Part shown: in pieces, positions 9,862-20,102 of the stretch
Position numbering within the stretch: the stretch's first letter is position 1
How the letters are laid out: every line of letters starts with the position of its first letter
Source: an uncultured delta proteobacterium
GTDB lineage: Bacteria > Desulfobacterota > Desulfomonilia > UBA1062
Reading direction: 5' to 3'
DNA: 64,000 nt
Assembly: GCA_963785235.1 (NCBI GenBank)
Contig: CAWAUM010000003.1
Location: forward strand, 320,001-384,000
Made by a program: the position numbers and the translations under genes
Notes under the pieces: generated by a model
Databases searched by the model: none
Seen by the model: the letters and a program-made list of their open reading frames with translations, nothing else
What the model was told of the DNA's origin: nothing

Positions 9862-11160
9862 TTAGAAAATGGTTCCGTACAGGAACCCTGATATGGTCGC
9901 CATGACGATGACCAGGCTTACGTACACAATGGTCTTGCCGGTCCCGATAACGGACCGGATCACGAGCATGCTGGGCAGAGAGACTGCAGGGCCGGCCAAG
10001 AGTAGTGCCAGGGCCGGGCCCTTGCCCATGCCCGAGCCCATAAGACCCTGGAGGATAGGTACTTCTGTCAATGTGGCAAAGTACATGAAAGCTCCGGCCA
10101 CTGAAGCAATGAAGTTCGCAAACAGGCTGTTACCACCAACCAGCGAACTGACCCACACCGAGGGGATGATGCCTTCATAACCGGGCCTGCCCAGCAGGAA
10201 GCCCGCCACCAGCACACCTGCGAAGAGGATGGGCACGATCTGCTTGGCAAAGCCCCAGGATCCGGTGAACCACTCCTGCATCTCCCCTTCCTGGGTGCTC
10301 GTGAGGTATGACAGGCCCACGATGCCTACGGCAAAGCCCACCATGGGCGTGTGCGGGAAGGCCAGGGAAAACACCGCGGTGATGCCCGCCACGGCAACCA
10401 CCTTCAGCACCGGCACCGCGAACCACGCCACGAGCATGACACCCAGGCCCACAGCGCTGATGGCGGTGATGATCCACTTGGACGCATAAACCAGGTGCCA
10501 GATCCCGGTCTCTGCCTGGGGTTTTCCCCAGTTGGCGAACACAAGCACCGCGATCATGGAGGCAAAGTACACAACATTCTGCCACAAAGGCCGCATGCCG
10601 TCTCCTTCGCCCAGCAACATCTGCGGTCCGTCCGTGTCTTTGCGCTCATGCCGGTATATCATGTGCATGATGAGCCCGATGATCACGCTGAAGGATATGG
10701 CGCCCACGGCCCGGGCAATGCCCAGCTCGATGCCCAGCACCCGGGCAGTGAGTATGATGGCCAGCACATTGATGGCAGGCCCGGAGTACAGAAAGGCCAC
10801 TGCCGGGCCAAGCCCGGCGCCCATGCGGTAGATGCCCGCGAACAGAGGCAGGATGGTGCAGGAGCACACGGCGAGAATGGTGCCCGACACCGACGCCACG
10901 CCGTAGGCGAGGATCTTCTTGGCATCCGCACCCAGATACTTCATCACCGTATTCTGGGACAGGAAAACCCCGATAGCCCCTGCGATGAAGAAGGCAGGCA
11001 GCAGGCACAGGATGACGTGTTCCTGCGCATAGGACTTGGCAAGGTACAGGCCTTCGAGTACTGCATTGTTAAAGCGGGGTATGCCCACCGGGAGGTAGAA
11101 TAGCGCCAGGAAGGCGCCCATGAGCCCTGCGAGCCATTTCCATTCGTCTTTCCAGTTCAT
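9862..11160 (-). CDS. ArsP/DUF318-family permease
   Basis: EHVILCLLPAFFIAGA, AVCSCTILP, FLYSGPAIN, YFATLTEVP, AGPAVSLP motifs. Confidence 0.88.
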   Translation of the reverse strand: MNWKDEWKWLAGLMGAFLALFYLPVGIPRFNNAVLEGLYLAKSYAQEHVILCLLPAFFIAGAIGVFLSQNTVMKYLGADAKKILAYGVASVSGTILAVCSCTILPLFAGIYRMGAGLGPAVAFLYSGPAINVLAIILTARVLGIELGIARAVGAISFSVIIGLIMHMIYRHERKDTDGPQMLLGEGDGMRPLWQNVVYFASMIAVLVFANWGKPQAETGIWHLVYASKWIITAISAVGLGVMLVAWFAVPVLKVVAVAGITAVFSLAFPHTPMVGFAVGIVGLSYLTSTQEGEMQEWFTGSWGFAKQIVPILFAGVLVAGFLLGRPGYEGIIPSVWVSSLVGGNSLFANFIASVAGAFMYFATLTEVPILQGLMGSGMGKGPALALLLAGPAVSLPSMLVIRSVIGTGKTIVYVSLVIVMATISGFLYGTIF

Positions 11161-11188
11161 GTCCCGACCTTCTTTCTCGTGGTATGAA

Positions 11189-11539
11189 TCACTTCCTGAT
11201 GCAGCATGCGATCTTCATGTGCTCGTCCGCCATATCACACACGGCCTGGTCCACACAGGAAAGCATGGAGAGAAGGCAAGGCATCTTGTTGGAGTAATAC
11301 ACATTGAGCCCCTCCTTCCTCGTTGCCACGAGCCCGGCATTCCGGAGCACTGCCAGGTGGCGCGAGGTGTTCGCCTCCTTTTCTCCAAGCATGGTTACGA
11401 GTTCGCCAACTGTCTTTTCACTCCCGGCAAGGGCCTCGAAGACCCGCACCCTCACCGGGTGCGCCAGGGCCTTTAAGATGTCCGCCTTCTTCTGTGCCGC
11501 TTCCATGTCTCTTTGCATATGCTGTGCATGTTCAGACAT
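11189..11539 (-). CDS. arsR: ArsR/SmtB-family metalloregulator
   Basis: KALAHPVR, SRHLAVLRNAGLV wHTH; first gene of the ars cluster. Confidence 0.9.
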   Translation of the reverse strand: MSEHAQHMQRDMEAAQKKADILKALAHPVRVRVFEALAGSEKTVGELVTMLGEKEANTSRHLAVLRNAGLVATRKEGLNVYYSNKMPCLLSMLSCVDQAVCDMADEHMKIACCIRK

Positions 11540-11554
11540 TATCCTTGCTCCTTT

Positions 11555-11597
11555 ATTTACTATATTACCTTTTAGTAAATTACTTTACTGATGTCAA
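11555..11597 (-). promoter_or_regulatory. sigma70-type promoter with overlapping ArsR/SmtB-like 12-2-12 operator
   Basis: Minus strand TTGACA (11597-11592), 17 nt, TAAAAG; inverted repeat ATTTACTA-N10-TAGTAAAT at 11555-11580. Confidence 0.7.
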
Positions 11598-11704
11598 GGC
11601 CGTTTTCCCTGAAGGAAGACCTGATTCTTCGGTACTGTCTGTCCTTGATCCTTGCCACAATCCATGGGATAAGCCGGGAATGAACTGAAAGGGGGAGGAT
11701 ACAC

Positions 11705-12265
11705 ATGAACGAGACGGCCCTCATTATCGTTGATCTCCAGAATGACTACTTCCCGGGCGGCGCCATGGAACTCTCGGGCATTGAACAGGCTTCCTTTAAT
11801 ACTACGAGAATCCTTCAGCACTTCCGATCCTCCGGCCGGAGCGTGCACCACATCCGCCATATATCCATCCATGAAGGGGCAACCTTTTTCCTTCCCGGCA
11901 CACAGGGCTCTGAGATCCATGCAGCCGTGAAGCCCTTGGAAGGTGAATCTGTTATCATAAAACACTTTCCCAACAGCTTCCTGGGTACTGAGCTAGAAAA
12001 GGCACTGAAGGGACTATCCTTCAAACAGCTGATCATCTGCGGGGCCATGAGCCACATGTGCATCGATGCCACTACCAGGGCCGCCTTTGACCTGGGTTTC
12101 GGATGCATGGTGGCACATGATGCCTGCGCCACCAGGGACCTGGAGTTCCTGGGAAAAATCATCCCTGCCGCCCAGGTCCACGGCGCGTTCATGGCGGCTC
12201 TGAACGGCATCTATGCCCGGGTGATCTCCACCGAAGAGATCCTTGCATCATCAGGGGTGAGGTAG
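11705..12265 (+). CDS. Isochorismatase-family cysteine hydrolase
   Basis: IIVDLQNDYF, KHFPNSF, GAMSHMCIDAT (Asp-Lys-Cys triad). Confidence 0.93.
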   Translation: MNETALIIVDLQNDYFPGGAMELSGIEQASFNTTRILQHFRSSGRSVHHIRHISIHEGATFFLPGTQGSEIHAAVKPLEGESVIIKHFPNSFLGTELEKALKGLSFKQLIICGAMSHMCIDATTRAAFDLGFGCMVAHDACATRDLEFLGKIIPAAQVHGAFMAALNGIYARVISTEEILASSGVR

Positions 12266-12271
12266 GCCGGC

Positions 12272-13168
12272 ATGAAGCGTTTCACTTTCAAGAAGATCGA
12301 TGCCTTTGCTACCGAGCTGTCTTCAGGGAACCCGGCAGGATCCGTATACCTGAAAGATCACGAGGTGATCACTGCACAAGAGATGCAGCGGATAGCAACA
12401 GAGCTCAAGGGGTTTGTGAGCGAGGTGGGGTATGTGAAGCGTCGTGACGAGGCCGCCTTTGACCTTAAATACTACTCGTCTGAGCGGGAGGTGGATTTCT
12501 GCGGCCACGCCACAGTGGCCATCATGTATGATCTCCTCCGGAACAGCCCGGACTCGATGGACACCCCCGTCATCACCATCAGAACGAACAAGGGCCTGCT
12601 CCTGGTGGAGAACAGGGTCCGAGAGGATGATGCCGTGTTCATTTCCGCCCCGGCCCCGGTCTTCTCTGAGCGGAAAACTCAGGGCAAAGAGATCGCCCTT
12701 TCCCTGGGCATTCACCCTGACGACATAAGCACCAGCTACCCTGTGGCCGTTGTCAATGCAGGCCTCGAAACCCTCATCGTGCCCATAAAGACCCTGGATG
12801 CAGTCCTTTCCATGACGCCCCATATTGAAACGGCCAGGGATTTCTGCCGGGAAAACGCCATTGACATAATAACGGTGTTCACCGATGAGACCTCCGAAAG
12901 CATCCATCCCTACCGTACACGGGTGTTCGCCCCCACCTTCGGGTACCTGGAAGACCCGGCCACGGGGTCTGGCAATGCGGCATTGGGGTCCTATCTCCTG
13001 GAGAACGACCGGTGGGACGGCACCTGCCTCTCCCTGGAACAAAACGCCGAGCTGCACAGGCCGAACATCGTAAGGATCGAGGCCCGGCATGAAGCCGGCC
13101 GCAAGCCGCGAGTCCTTTTCGGCGGCAGCGCCATGGTGAGGATAGAAGGGGAGTATATCCTGGCATGA
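12272..13168 (+). CDS. PhzF-family isomerase/epimerase
   Basis: IDAF...GNPA, EVDFCGHAT, EDPATGS. Confidence 0.93.
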   Translation: MKRFTFKKIDAFATELSSGNPAGSVYLKDHEVITAQEMQRIATELKGFVSEVGYVKRRDEAAFDLKYYSSEREVDFCGHATVAIMYDLLRNSPDSMDTPVITIRTNKGLLLVENRVREDDAVFISAPAPVFSERKTQGKEIALSLGIHPDDISTSYPVAVVNAGLETLIVPIKTLDAVLSMTPHIETARDFCRENAIDIITVFTDETSESIHPYRTRVFAPTFGYLEDPATGSGNAALGSYLLENDRWDGTCLSLEQNAELHRPNIVRIEARHEAGRKPRVLFGGSAMVRIEGEYILA

Positions 13169-13377
13169 TGGGCATCCCCGTTGGATCTCACATGAAACTC
13201 ACTCAAAATGCGAACGACAAGTGCCTTCAGTGCCGGGCCTGCATGGACTGTGACGAGTTGCAATGCCTGTTCTACGGGCACGGTGATCCGGACGATTGCT
13301 GCATGGAAAAGTGTAAATACTGCATGGACTTTCTCAAGAAACAGCGGCTCTACATGAACAATGTAGGGATAGCTTAA
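13165..13377 (+). CDS. Small cysteine-rich protein (9 Cys)
   Basis: ATGA overlap with phzF stop; CLQCRACMDC...C...CC...CKYC. Confidence 0.55.
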   Translation: MMGIPVGSHMKLTQNANDKCLQCRACMDCDELQCLFYGHGDPDDCCMEKCKYCMDFLKKQRLYMNNVGIA

Positions 13378-13525
13378 GTCGGAGTTTTGCAATTGAACGA
13401 ACCCATATCGGTTTATAAGCCGTTAGCCCATGACCACCTTTAAGTCTTTTTTTATTCTGAGAAAAAATTGAACCGTTCAAGATGGATGAGTTCCCGTGGA
13501 ACTCATCTATCTTGAACGGTCTTAA
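13374..13525. repeat. Variant copy of palindromic intergenic element with a 23-bp hairpin
   Basis: TAAGTCGGAGTTTTGCAATTGAA end; ACCGTTCAAGATGGATGAGTTCC-CGT-GGAACTCATCTATCTTGAACGGT at 13472-13520 (one G-T pair). Confidence 0.6.
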
Positions 13526-13581
13526 GTAAAAGAATCCTTATAGGTCGGCTACAGGTCGTGGATCTACTAAGGAGTATGATA

Positions 13582-13618
13582 AGGGAGCATCGAACATGAA
13601 AGCCCGACCATGCTCCCT
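13582..13618. terminator. Hairpin just downstream of emrB, possible terminator
   Basis: AGGGAGCAT...ATGCTCCCT inverted repeat 12 nt past the emrB stop. Confidence 0.35.
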
Positions 13619-13630
13619 AAGCACTTTCCA

Positions 13631-15193
13631 TCAGTCAGCCCCGGGCTGAATCTTCCCGCCTGAGGCCGTATTCTTCATGAAGAGCACAAGTGGGATGAGG
13701 ATGACCATCATCCACGTAAGCAGATAGAATACGTCTGCAAAAGAGAGCATGGCAGCCTGCCTGACCATATTCTCGTACATGATGCCGAGTCCGCCATGAT
13801 CGGCCGAGGAAGGATCTATCCCTTTCTGCTGCAGGAGTGTGGCGCCCTGCTGGGCACGCAGTGCGTACATGGAATCATACGGGGTCAGCTGATCAATCAG
13901 ACGGGACTGGTGAAACTGGGACCTGCGGCTTACCATGGTCGTGACAATGGCAATCCCGATGCTGCCTCCAATATTTCTGACGAGATTGTATAAGGCGGTG
14001 GCATTGCCCATGTCTTCCTTTTTTATGCTGGCAATGGTCAGGGTGGTGAGCGGGATGAAGAGCATGCCCATGCCCACGCCCATGAAGATCCTGGGCCACA
14101 GAACGGTTGCGAAGTCCACTCCCAGGGTGAACCCGGCCATGAGGAGTGTGGAATATGCGGTGAAGAGTATTCCGACTATGACAAAAACCTTCGGGTTGTA
14201 CCGGTGGAGAAACCTGCCCACAAGGGGCATGGTTATCAGGTTCGCCACGCCACCGGGTGCCAGCACCAGGCCCGCCAGGCTCGCAGTGTAGCCCATGAGC
14301 GTCTGGAGATAGATGGGCAGCAGTACAAGCGTTCCGAAGAGGTTTGCCATGAAGACAAACATGGCAATGTTGCCAAGGGTGTAGGAGTAGTTCCTGAACA
14401 CACTCAGATCCACAATGGGCCGCTCGGCATAGCGCTCCACTGCGACGAACAGGGCGAGGGAGAATACCGCTATAAGCCCCAGGGCAATCATGATGTTTGA
14501 ATTGAACCAATCGAATCTCTGGCCCCGGTCAAGGAGGAGCTGGAGGCAGCCTACCCCAAGGCCGAGCAGGATGAGGCCCCAGTAGTCGATCTTCATCCGC
14601 ATGCCCTTCATGTACGGGGGGTCCACAATGACGAAGATCGCCATGATGACCGAGATGATGCCGATGGGGATATTGATGAAGAACACCCAATGCCAGGTGA
14701 GGACATCGGTGATCCACCCGCCGAGTACCGGACCGATGATAGGGCCAAAGCTGACACCGATGCCGAAGATAGCCATGGCTATGCCATACTGCTGGGGCGG
14801 GAAAGACTCGAGCAGGATCGCCTGGGATAGCGGTGGCATTGCCCCTCCGGAGAGACCTTGCAGGATCCTGAATACTATGAGGCTCTCTATGCTCCATGAG
14901 GCCCCGCACAGAAAAGAGCTCACCGTAAATGCCACGATGGAAAAGATAAGGTAGCGTTTGCGGCCGATAAGCCTGCTGATCCACCCGGTCATGGGGATGA
15001 TGACCGCATTTGCCGCCAGATATGCAGTGATGGACCAGGTGGCCTCGTCGATGCCTGCAGAGAGGCTCCCCCTTATATGGTCAAGGGAGACATTCACCAC
15101 CGAGGTGTCCAGGACGACCATGAGCATGGGGAGCATCACGGTGGATGCAACGAGCCACTTGTTCGGTTGGACCGGCGAGGAAGGGGCCATCAC
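13631..15193 (-). CDS. emrB: DHA2-family MFS efflux permease (EmrB-like)
   Basis: LDTSVVNV, GPIIGPVLGG, WVFFINIPIG, RNIGGSIG. Confidence 0.92.
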   Translation of the reverse strand: MMAPSSPVQPNKWLVASTVMLPMLMVVLDTSVVNVSLDHIRGSLSAGIDEATWSITAYLAANAVIIPMTGWISRLIGRKRYLIFSIVAFTVSSFLCGASWSIESLIVFRILQGLSGGAMPPLSQAILLESFPPQQYGIAMAIFGIGVSFGPIIGPVLGGWITDVLTWHWVFFINIPIGIISVIMAIFVIVDPPYMKGMRMKIDYWGLILLGLGVGCLQLLLDRGQRFDWFNSNIMIALGLIAVFSLALFVAVERYAERPIVDLSVFRNYSYTLGNIAMFVFMANLFGTLVLLPIYLQTLMGYTASLAGLVLAPGGVANLITMPLVGRFLHRYNPKVFVIVGILFTAYSTLLMAGFTLGVDFATVLWPRIFMGVGMGMLFIPLTTLTIASIKKEDMGNATALYNLVRNIGGSIGIAIVTTMVSRRSQFHQSRLIDQLTPYDSMYALRAQQGATLLQQKGIDPSSADHGGLGIMYENMVRQAAMLSFADVFYLLTWMMVILIPLVLFMKNTASGGKIQPGAD

Positions 15194-15210
15194 GCGAAAG
15201 CCAAGGGCGG

Positions 15211-16310
15211 CTACTTTCTCACCGCAATGGTGGGCTGAACCGACATACCCACACGCAGGATGTGCTCCGGGTCAGTGGCCTTTTCCAGTATGATCTTCAC
15301 GGGAATACGTTGCACCACCTTCACGTAATTGCCCGTGGCGTTCTCAGGGGGGAACAGGGAGAAGACGCTCCCGGTCCCGGCCATTATGCTGTCGACCGTT
15401 CCTGAGAAGGTCTTGCCGGGATACATATCTACCTTGATCTGAACCTTCTGGCCCGGCCTTCACATTCGTAAGTTGCGTCTCCTTATAATTTGCAACAATC
15501 CATACATCCTTCAAGGGAACAAGCGCCATGAGCGGCTGACCCGCCCTGCACCTGGTTGCCGACCTCTACATTCTTCTTGGTGATGTAACCATCCGAGGGT
15601 GCATATATCTTCGTATACCCCTGCATCAGACTCGCCAAGGCCAGCACTTGCTTCTTCTGTTCCACGATGTACCCTTGAGACAGATAGGCTGCCTTGGACT
15701 GCCGGATAACGAGCTTCTGGGTCTCCAGTGATGCTAAGGCCTGCTTGATTTGCTCGCGGGCCGCATCAACCTGGGCCCTTGCAACATCGTAAGCCGTTGT
15801 TGCCTTCTCGAGTGTCGCCTCGGCAAAGATCCCTTTGTCATAAAGCTTCCTCGCCCTTACCAGATCCTGATTTGCCTGCTTCAGATTGGCTTCCTGCAAG
15901 GCCAGTGTCGCCCGGGCTGTATCGATCCTTGATTGTATCTCGTCAAGCTGCTTGCCTGCTACATCTACCCGTGCGGAGAGCTCAGAGAACTTTGATTGCT
16001 CTGAATCCACTGTTGCCTTGGCATCACTGACCTTTACATCATAATCCCTGCTGTCGATCTCCAGGAGGGGTGCCCCTTTTTTTACCAACTGGTTGTCATG
16101 AACATACACATCCTTTACCGTACCTGCTACCTTCGGGGCTATGGAGTGGATACTGCCCGTCACATAGGCATCATCAGTGGAGATATAATATTTTGTGTGC
16201 CTGATATAGAAATAGACCGCGACAATGATTATGAGTGCAATGATTCCGAATACGAAGAAGACTTTAGACTTGTTCGATTTAGCAAGACTGCCCGGCCCAT
16301 TTTCTTCCAT
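15211..16310 (-). CDS. emrA: HlyD/EmrA membrane-fusion protein, interrupted by two apparent indels (~15450, ~15540)
   Basis: STDDAYV, IYAPSDGYI, VWIVANYKETQL, PPENATGNYVKVVQRIPV spread over three frames; RBS GAAGGAGG. Confidence 0.85.
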
Positions 16311-16562
16311 GCACTCCTCCTTCAATGATGCTTCTGATGCGAGAGCCTTCTTGGAATCTGTTTGATTATTGCTGTTCAAGGCTGACTGATTTCTTTTTCC
16401 ATAGCATGATCTCATGGCAGCCAGTGAGAATTGTGTACTATGCCCAGCTTATTCCATTTCAGACAAATGATTTAAAACTGCGAATAACCGACATGTCCTG
16501 TTATTGTCAAGGGGTATCATTGTCGCATGATAAAATATCTCAGGGCTTTACACTCAGATTAT

Positions 16563-16699
16563 AGGTCAGTTCAAATACCCATAAATACTCGCATGCACTT
16601 CTAGTGGAACGCTAATTATATCAGTCCTGAAGGCTGCGATATTTAGGTTTTGAACGGAAAAAGGTTTTTACGACATCTTCAACGCAAAATCCGGAATTG
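16563..16699. repeat. Degenerate copy of palindromic intergenic element
   Basis: Right arm GGCTGCGATATTTAGGTTTTGAACGG then AGGTTTTTAC...GCAAAATCCGGAATT; left arm has insertions. Confidence 0.7.
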
Positions 16700-16842
16700 C
16701 ACGAAATCCCTGACCACCTGCCCCATATAGGTAAGAAACTTTCAGCTGCCCTATTCCATCAGGGCGTAATCTTGTTATAATAGTATCCGTGTACATTACA
16801 TGTACTGTATTGGCACTTTAAGCCATTAACCCATGAGGTTGT

Positions 16843-18136
16843 ATGGAATCTGATGCATACACTGATCATTCCAAGTACCCGATTCTCGAGCACATAGCCG
16901 TGCCCGAAGACATGCGCACCGCATGGCAGGATATCGTTGACCTGATCTCCGAGATCTTCCAGGTCCCTGCGGCGCTGATCATGCGGGTGCATGAGCGCGA
17001 CATCGAGGTGTATGTCCAAAACCGGGTACCAGCCACCCCTACAAGTCCGGACATAAGGAACTACTGGGCATGGGTCTCTACTGCGAAACCGTAATGGACA
17101 ACCGCGCCACGCTGCTCGTTCCTGATGCCACGAAAGACCCTGCATGGGATCATAACCCCGACATCGCTCGCGGCATGATCTCATACCTGGGCATGCCTAT
17201 CACCTGGCCGGCCGGTGAGATCTTCGGGACCATCTGCGTGCTGGACACAAAGGAGAACCGCTATACAGAGCACCTCACAAGGCTCCTGGAGAAGTTTTCC
17301 CGGCTCATCATGTCCGACCTCCACATACTCTGGTCTTCATTGGAGCTTGAAAATGCCAATCACGAGCTTCAAGCGCTGAACGAGGAGATGAACCAGTTCA
17401 TGGGGATAGCGGCCCACGACCTGAGAAGTGCACTGAACGTGCTGCTGGGATGCAGCAATTACCTCCTTCCCAAGGATTCGGAGAATCTTTCAAACAAAGA
17501 ACGCACATACCTGAACCTCATCAGAAAATCCTCCTCCACCATGCTCAGGCTCATGGACGAGCTCCTGGACATCGCCCGGATAGACACCATGCGCCTTCCC
17601 CTTACCCTTGAAGAAACTGACTTCTCCGTGCTTATTGGCGAAAATATTCAGTTCAACCAAGCCCTTGCCGAGGCAAAGGGCATCCAGATAAACCTCCTGA
17701 CACCTCCGACGCCTGTAACGGGTAAAACTGGACCCGGGCAAGATCGAACAGGTGCTCAACAACCTCCTGTCCAACGCCATCAAGTACTCACCCTTCGGAT
17801 ACCACCATCATGGTTTCTGTTGACCAGACCCCTGATGAAATAATCGTTTCGATCCGCGACCAGGGACCCGGCATACCTAGTGAAGAACAGCAAGACCTGT
17901 TCAATCCATTCCGGACCACGAGTATCAGACCTGCCTCAGGCGAACCCAGTACCGGCCTGGGGCTGTACATAGCCAGAAGGATCGTAGAGGAACACGGCGG
18001 CCGGATCTGGGTTGAAAGCGATACCGGCAAAGGCTCAGCCTTCTCTTTCACGCTGAAACATTTACTCGCTAAGGCATTGAAGAAAAAGGCGGCAAGGCCC
18101 TATGCCCGCATGAAAATCAAAGAAACAACCAAGTAG
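16843..18136 (+). CDS. GAF-domain sensor histidine kinase, frameshifted (three ORF pieces)
   Basis: GAF (GLYCETV...[21 protein letters not shown]), H-box AAHDLR, G-boxes DQGPGI and STGLGL. Confidence 0.85.
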
Positions 18137-18174
18137 CCTTTTCCCTTAATTGAAGTCAGAATAACCAATAAACC

Positions 18175-20086
18175 TTAAAGCTCTTCCGGGGTAACGAGTG
18201 ACGTGACTTTCTCGGTGAGATACTTGGGATTGCCTTCTTTGGGCAGCCAGATGCTGACCTGTGTTAAAGGCTTCTTCATCCTGGCCATCCAGCCACCGAG
18301 CTGCTGGGGTTTGAGTGAGATACAGAAGAGCTCGTTCCATGAGTTCATGTAGAGCACATCCACCTCAGCTATGGAATGGAGGATGTCAGGGCGTTCCATG
18401 TTCGCTATGATAACTACATGTTTGGCATATTTGTCTTCCATGAGAGATGCCCGGTCAAGGCCGATGGAACTGGCATCCGGAATCAGGGAGTTAAGCTTCC
18501 ACAGCAGTGATTGAATGTCATAGAGTACTACCTTGGATACATTGGGGATCATATGGAAGGCAGTGGATGCGTCAAATCGCTTGTTGTATACAAGCCATGC
18601 CAGGATATTGGCCACCCTTTCGGATTCCATGACAGGCGAACCCTTGCCTGTCTCGGGGGAACTCTCATATATGGTCCATGCCTTGTTATTATAGGTAAAG
18701 AATAGGTCCCGATATGCCGGTTCCTTCCTTTTCACCCGCTTTTCAGACTCGATTTTGCCCTCTTTCGATACATAAAAGGCCTCTACCCTCCTCCTGAGAA
18801 CCTCCACCTCGATATCTTCGTTAAGAACCGTATTGCTGATGTATGACTTGGCCCTGCGAATGAGCTGTACCGTGGTCAGTTTCAGGAAACCATGGATATC
18901 GTCGCCGAACTTGCGGTATTTTTCCACCCCCCATTCGGAGAATTCATTCAACTCCTTGATGGTTTTCAGTGACCAGCCCCATGACTTCACGATGTCCACC
19001 ATAATGGATGCCTTGTCATCACGCTCCAGCTTGTAAAGATCAGCACTGCGGATATTGGGGTTCACCTTCAGGTAAAAACACTTTCTGAGCAGATCTATCG
19101 TTCTATCATCACCCTTGGCATGGTAATAGTCCTCTACACGGCGCAGCACCTGATAATATGGATCGATGATATCATGGCCTTTGGCATAGAATACATTGTG
19201 CTTGAGGATATTGCATAAAAGCATGCCTTTTGATGAGGCTTCCAGATAGCTGGCAACAAGCGCCATCTTGAGGACCGATTTCAGGGGATCATCCAGGGCC
19301 TTGTGCATCTGCCACAATGCTGCACCCAACAGCTCCTGTTCAGGTATGAATTCAACATCACCAAGATCAATGCACTCCTCTTCATTCGTGACCGTGCGCG
19401 ATCGGCTTAGCGAGCCCATCTGAGCGGATGATCCGTCTCTCTGCTCCGGTTGCACAATCCACCACAGCGGCACCCGTCCTTCAATCAAGGTCAGGGTGCG
19501 GTAAAACTCTTCTTTCAGTATGGACTTCAAGGCAGACCCGGAACCCTCCTGCGAAACAGAGCCAAAATTGTTGGCCCTGATGTCCTTAAGGTCCATGAGG
19601 AAGAAGTGTATGTCCAGAACGTACTTACCCGTTATCCAACGCCTGAGTATCTTCAGCTTGCTACTAAGGATCTTTAGCCTTTCGGGCTCGATACGCTGGG
19701 CATCAACCACTACCCAGATATCATAATCCGATTCTCTTGTCTGGGCAAGACTGCCCACGCTTCCGATGGTAAAGAGCCCTTCAATCTCCAGCTGCCGCGG
19801 CATATAATTCTGCATCCTGCCGAGGTTAACCCTGGAGGCAAGATACGACCCTATGTCCCTGCAGCGTCTGTGAAGGCCACTCCATATATTTTATGCCGCA
19901 TGGACAGTTCTCTTGCTCCACGTAGCCTGGAAGGCTCGGATGATTAATATGAATAAGCAGGGGTAGAAGCTCAAGAATGACCCGCGCGCCCGCAGGATCA
20001 CACTTGCGCATGATGTCCTTCTTGTAGCGGTTGTAGCTTGTAAAGGCCCTCAGGCCGATTGAAACACTTATATCAAGATGCCTCAT
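18175..20086 (-). CDS. cyaA: Class I adenylate cyclase (about 636 aa after correcting one indel near 19858)
   Basis: LLPLLIHINHPSLPGY, GSVGSLAQTRESDYDIW catalytic motif, LKEEFYR, PLWW, LWQMHKALDDPLKSVLK, RKCFYLK. Confidence 0.88.
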
Positions 20087-20102
20087 CTATTTGTTTATCG
20101 CA

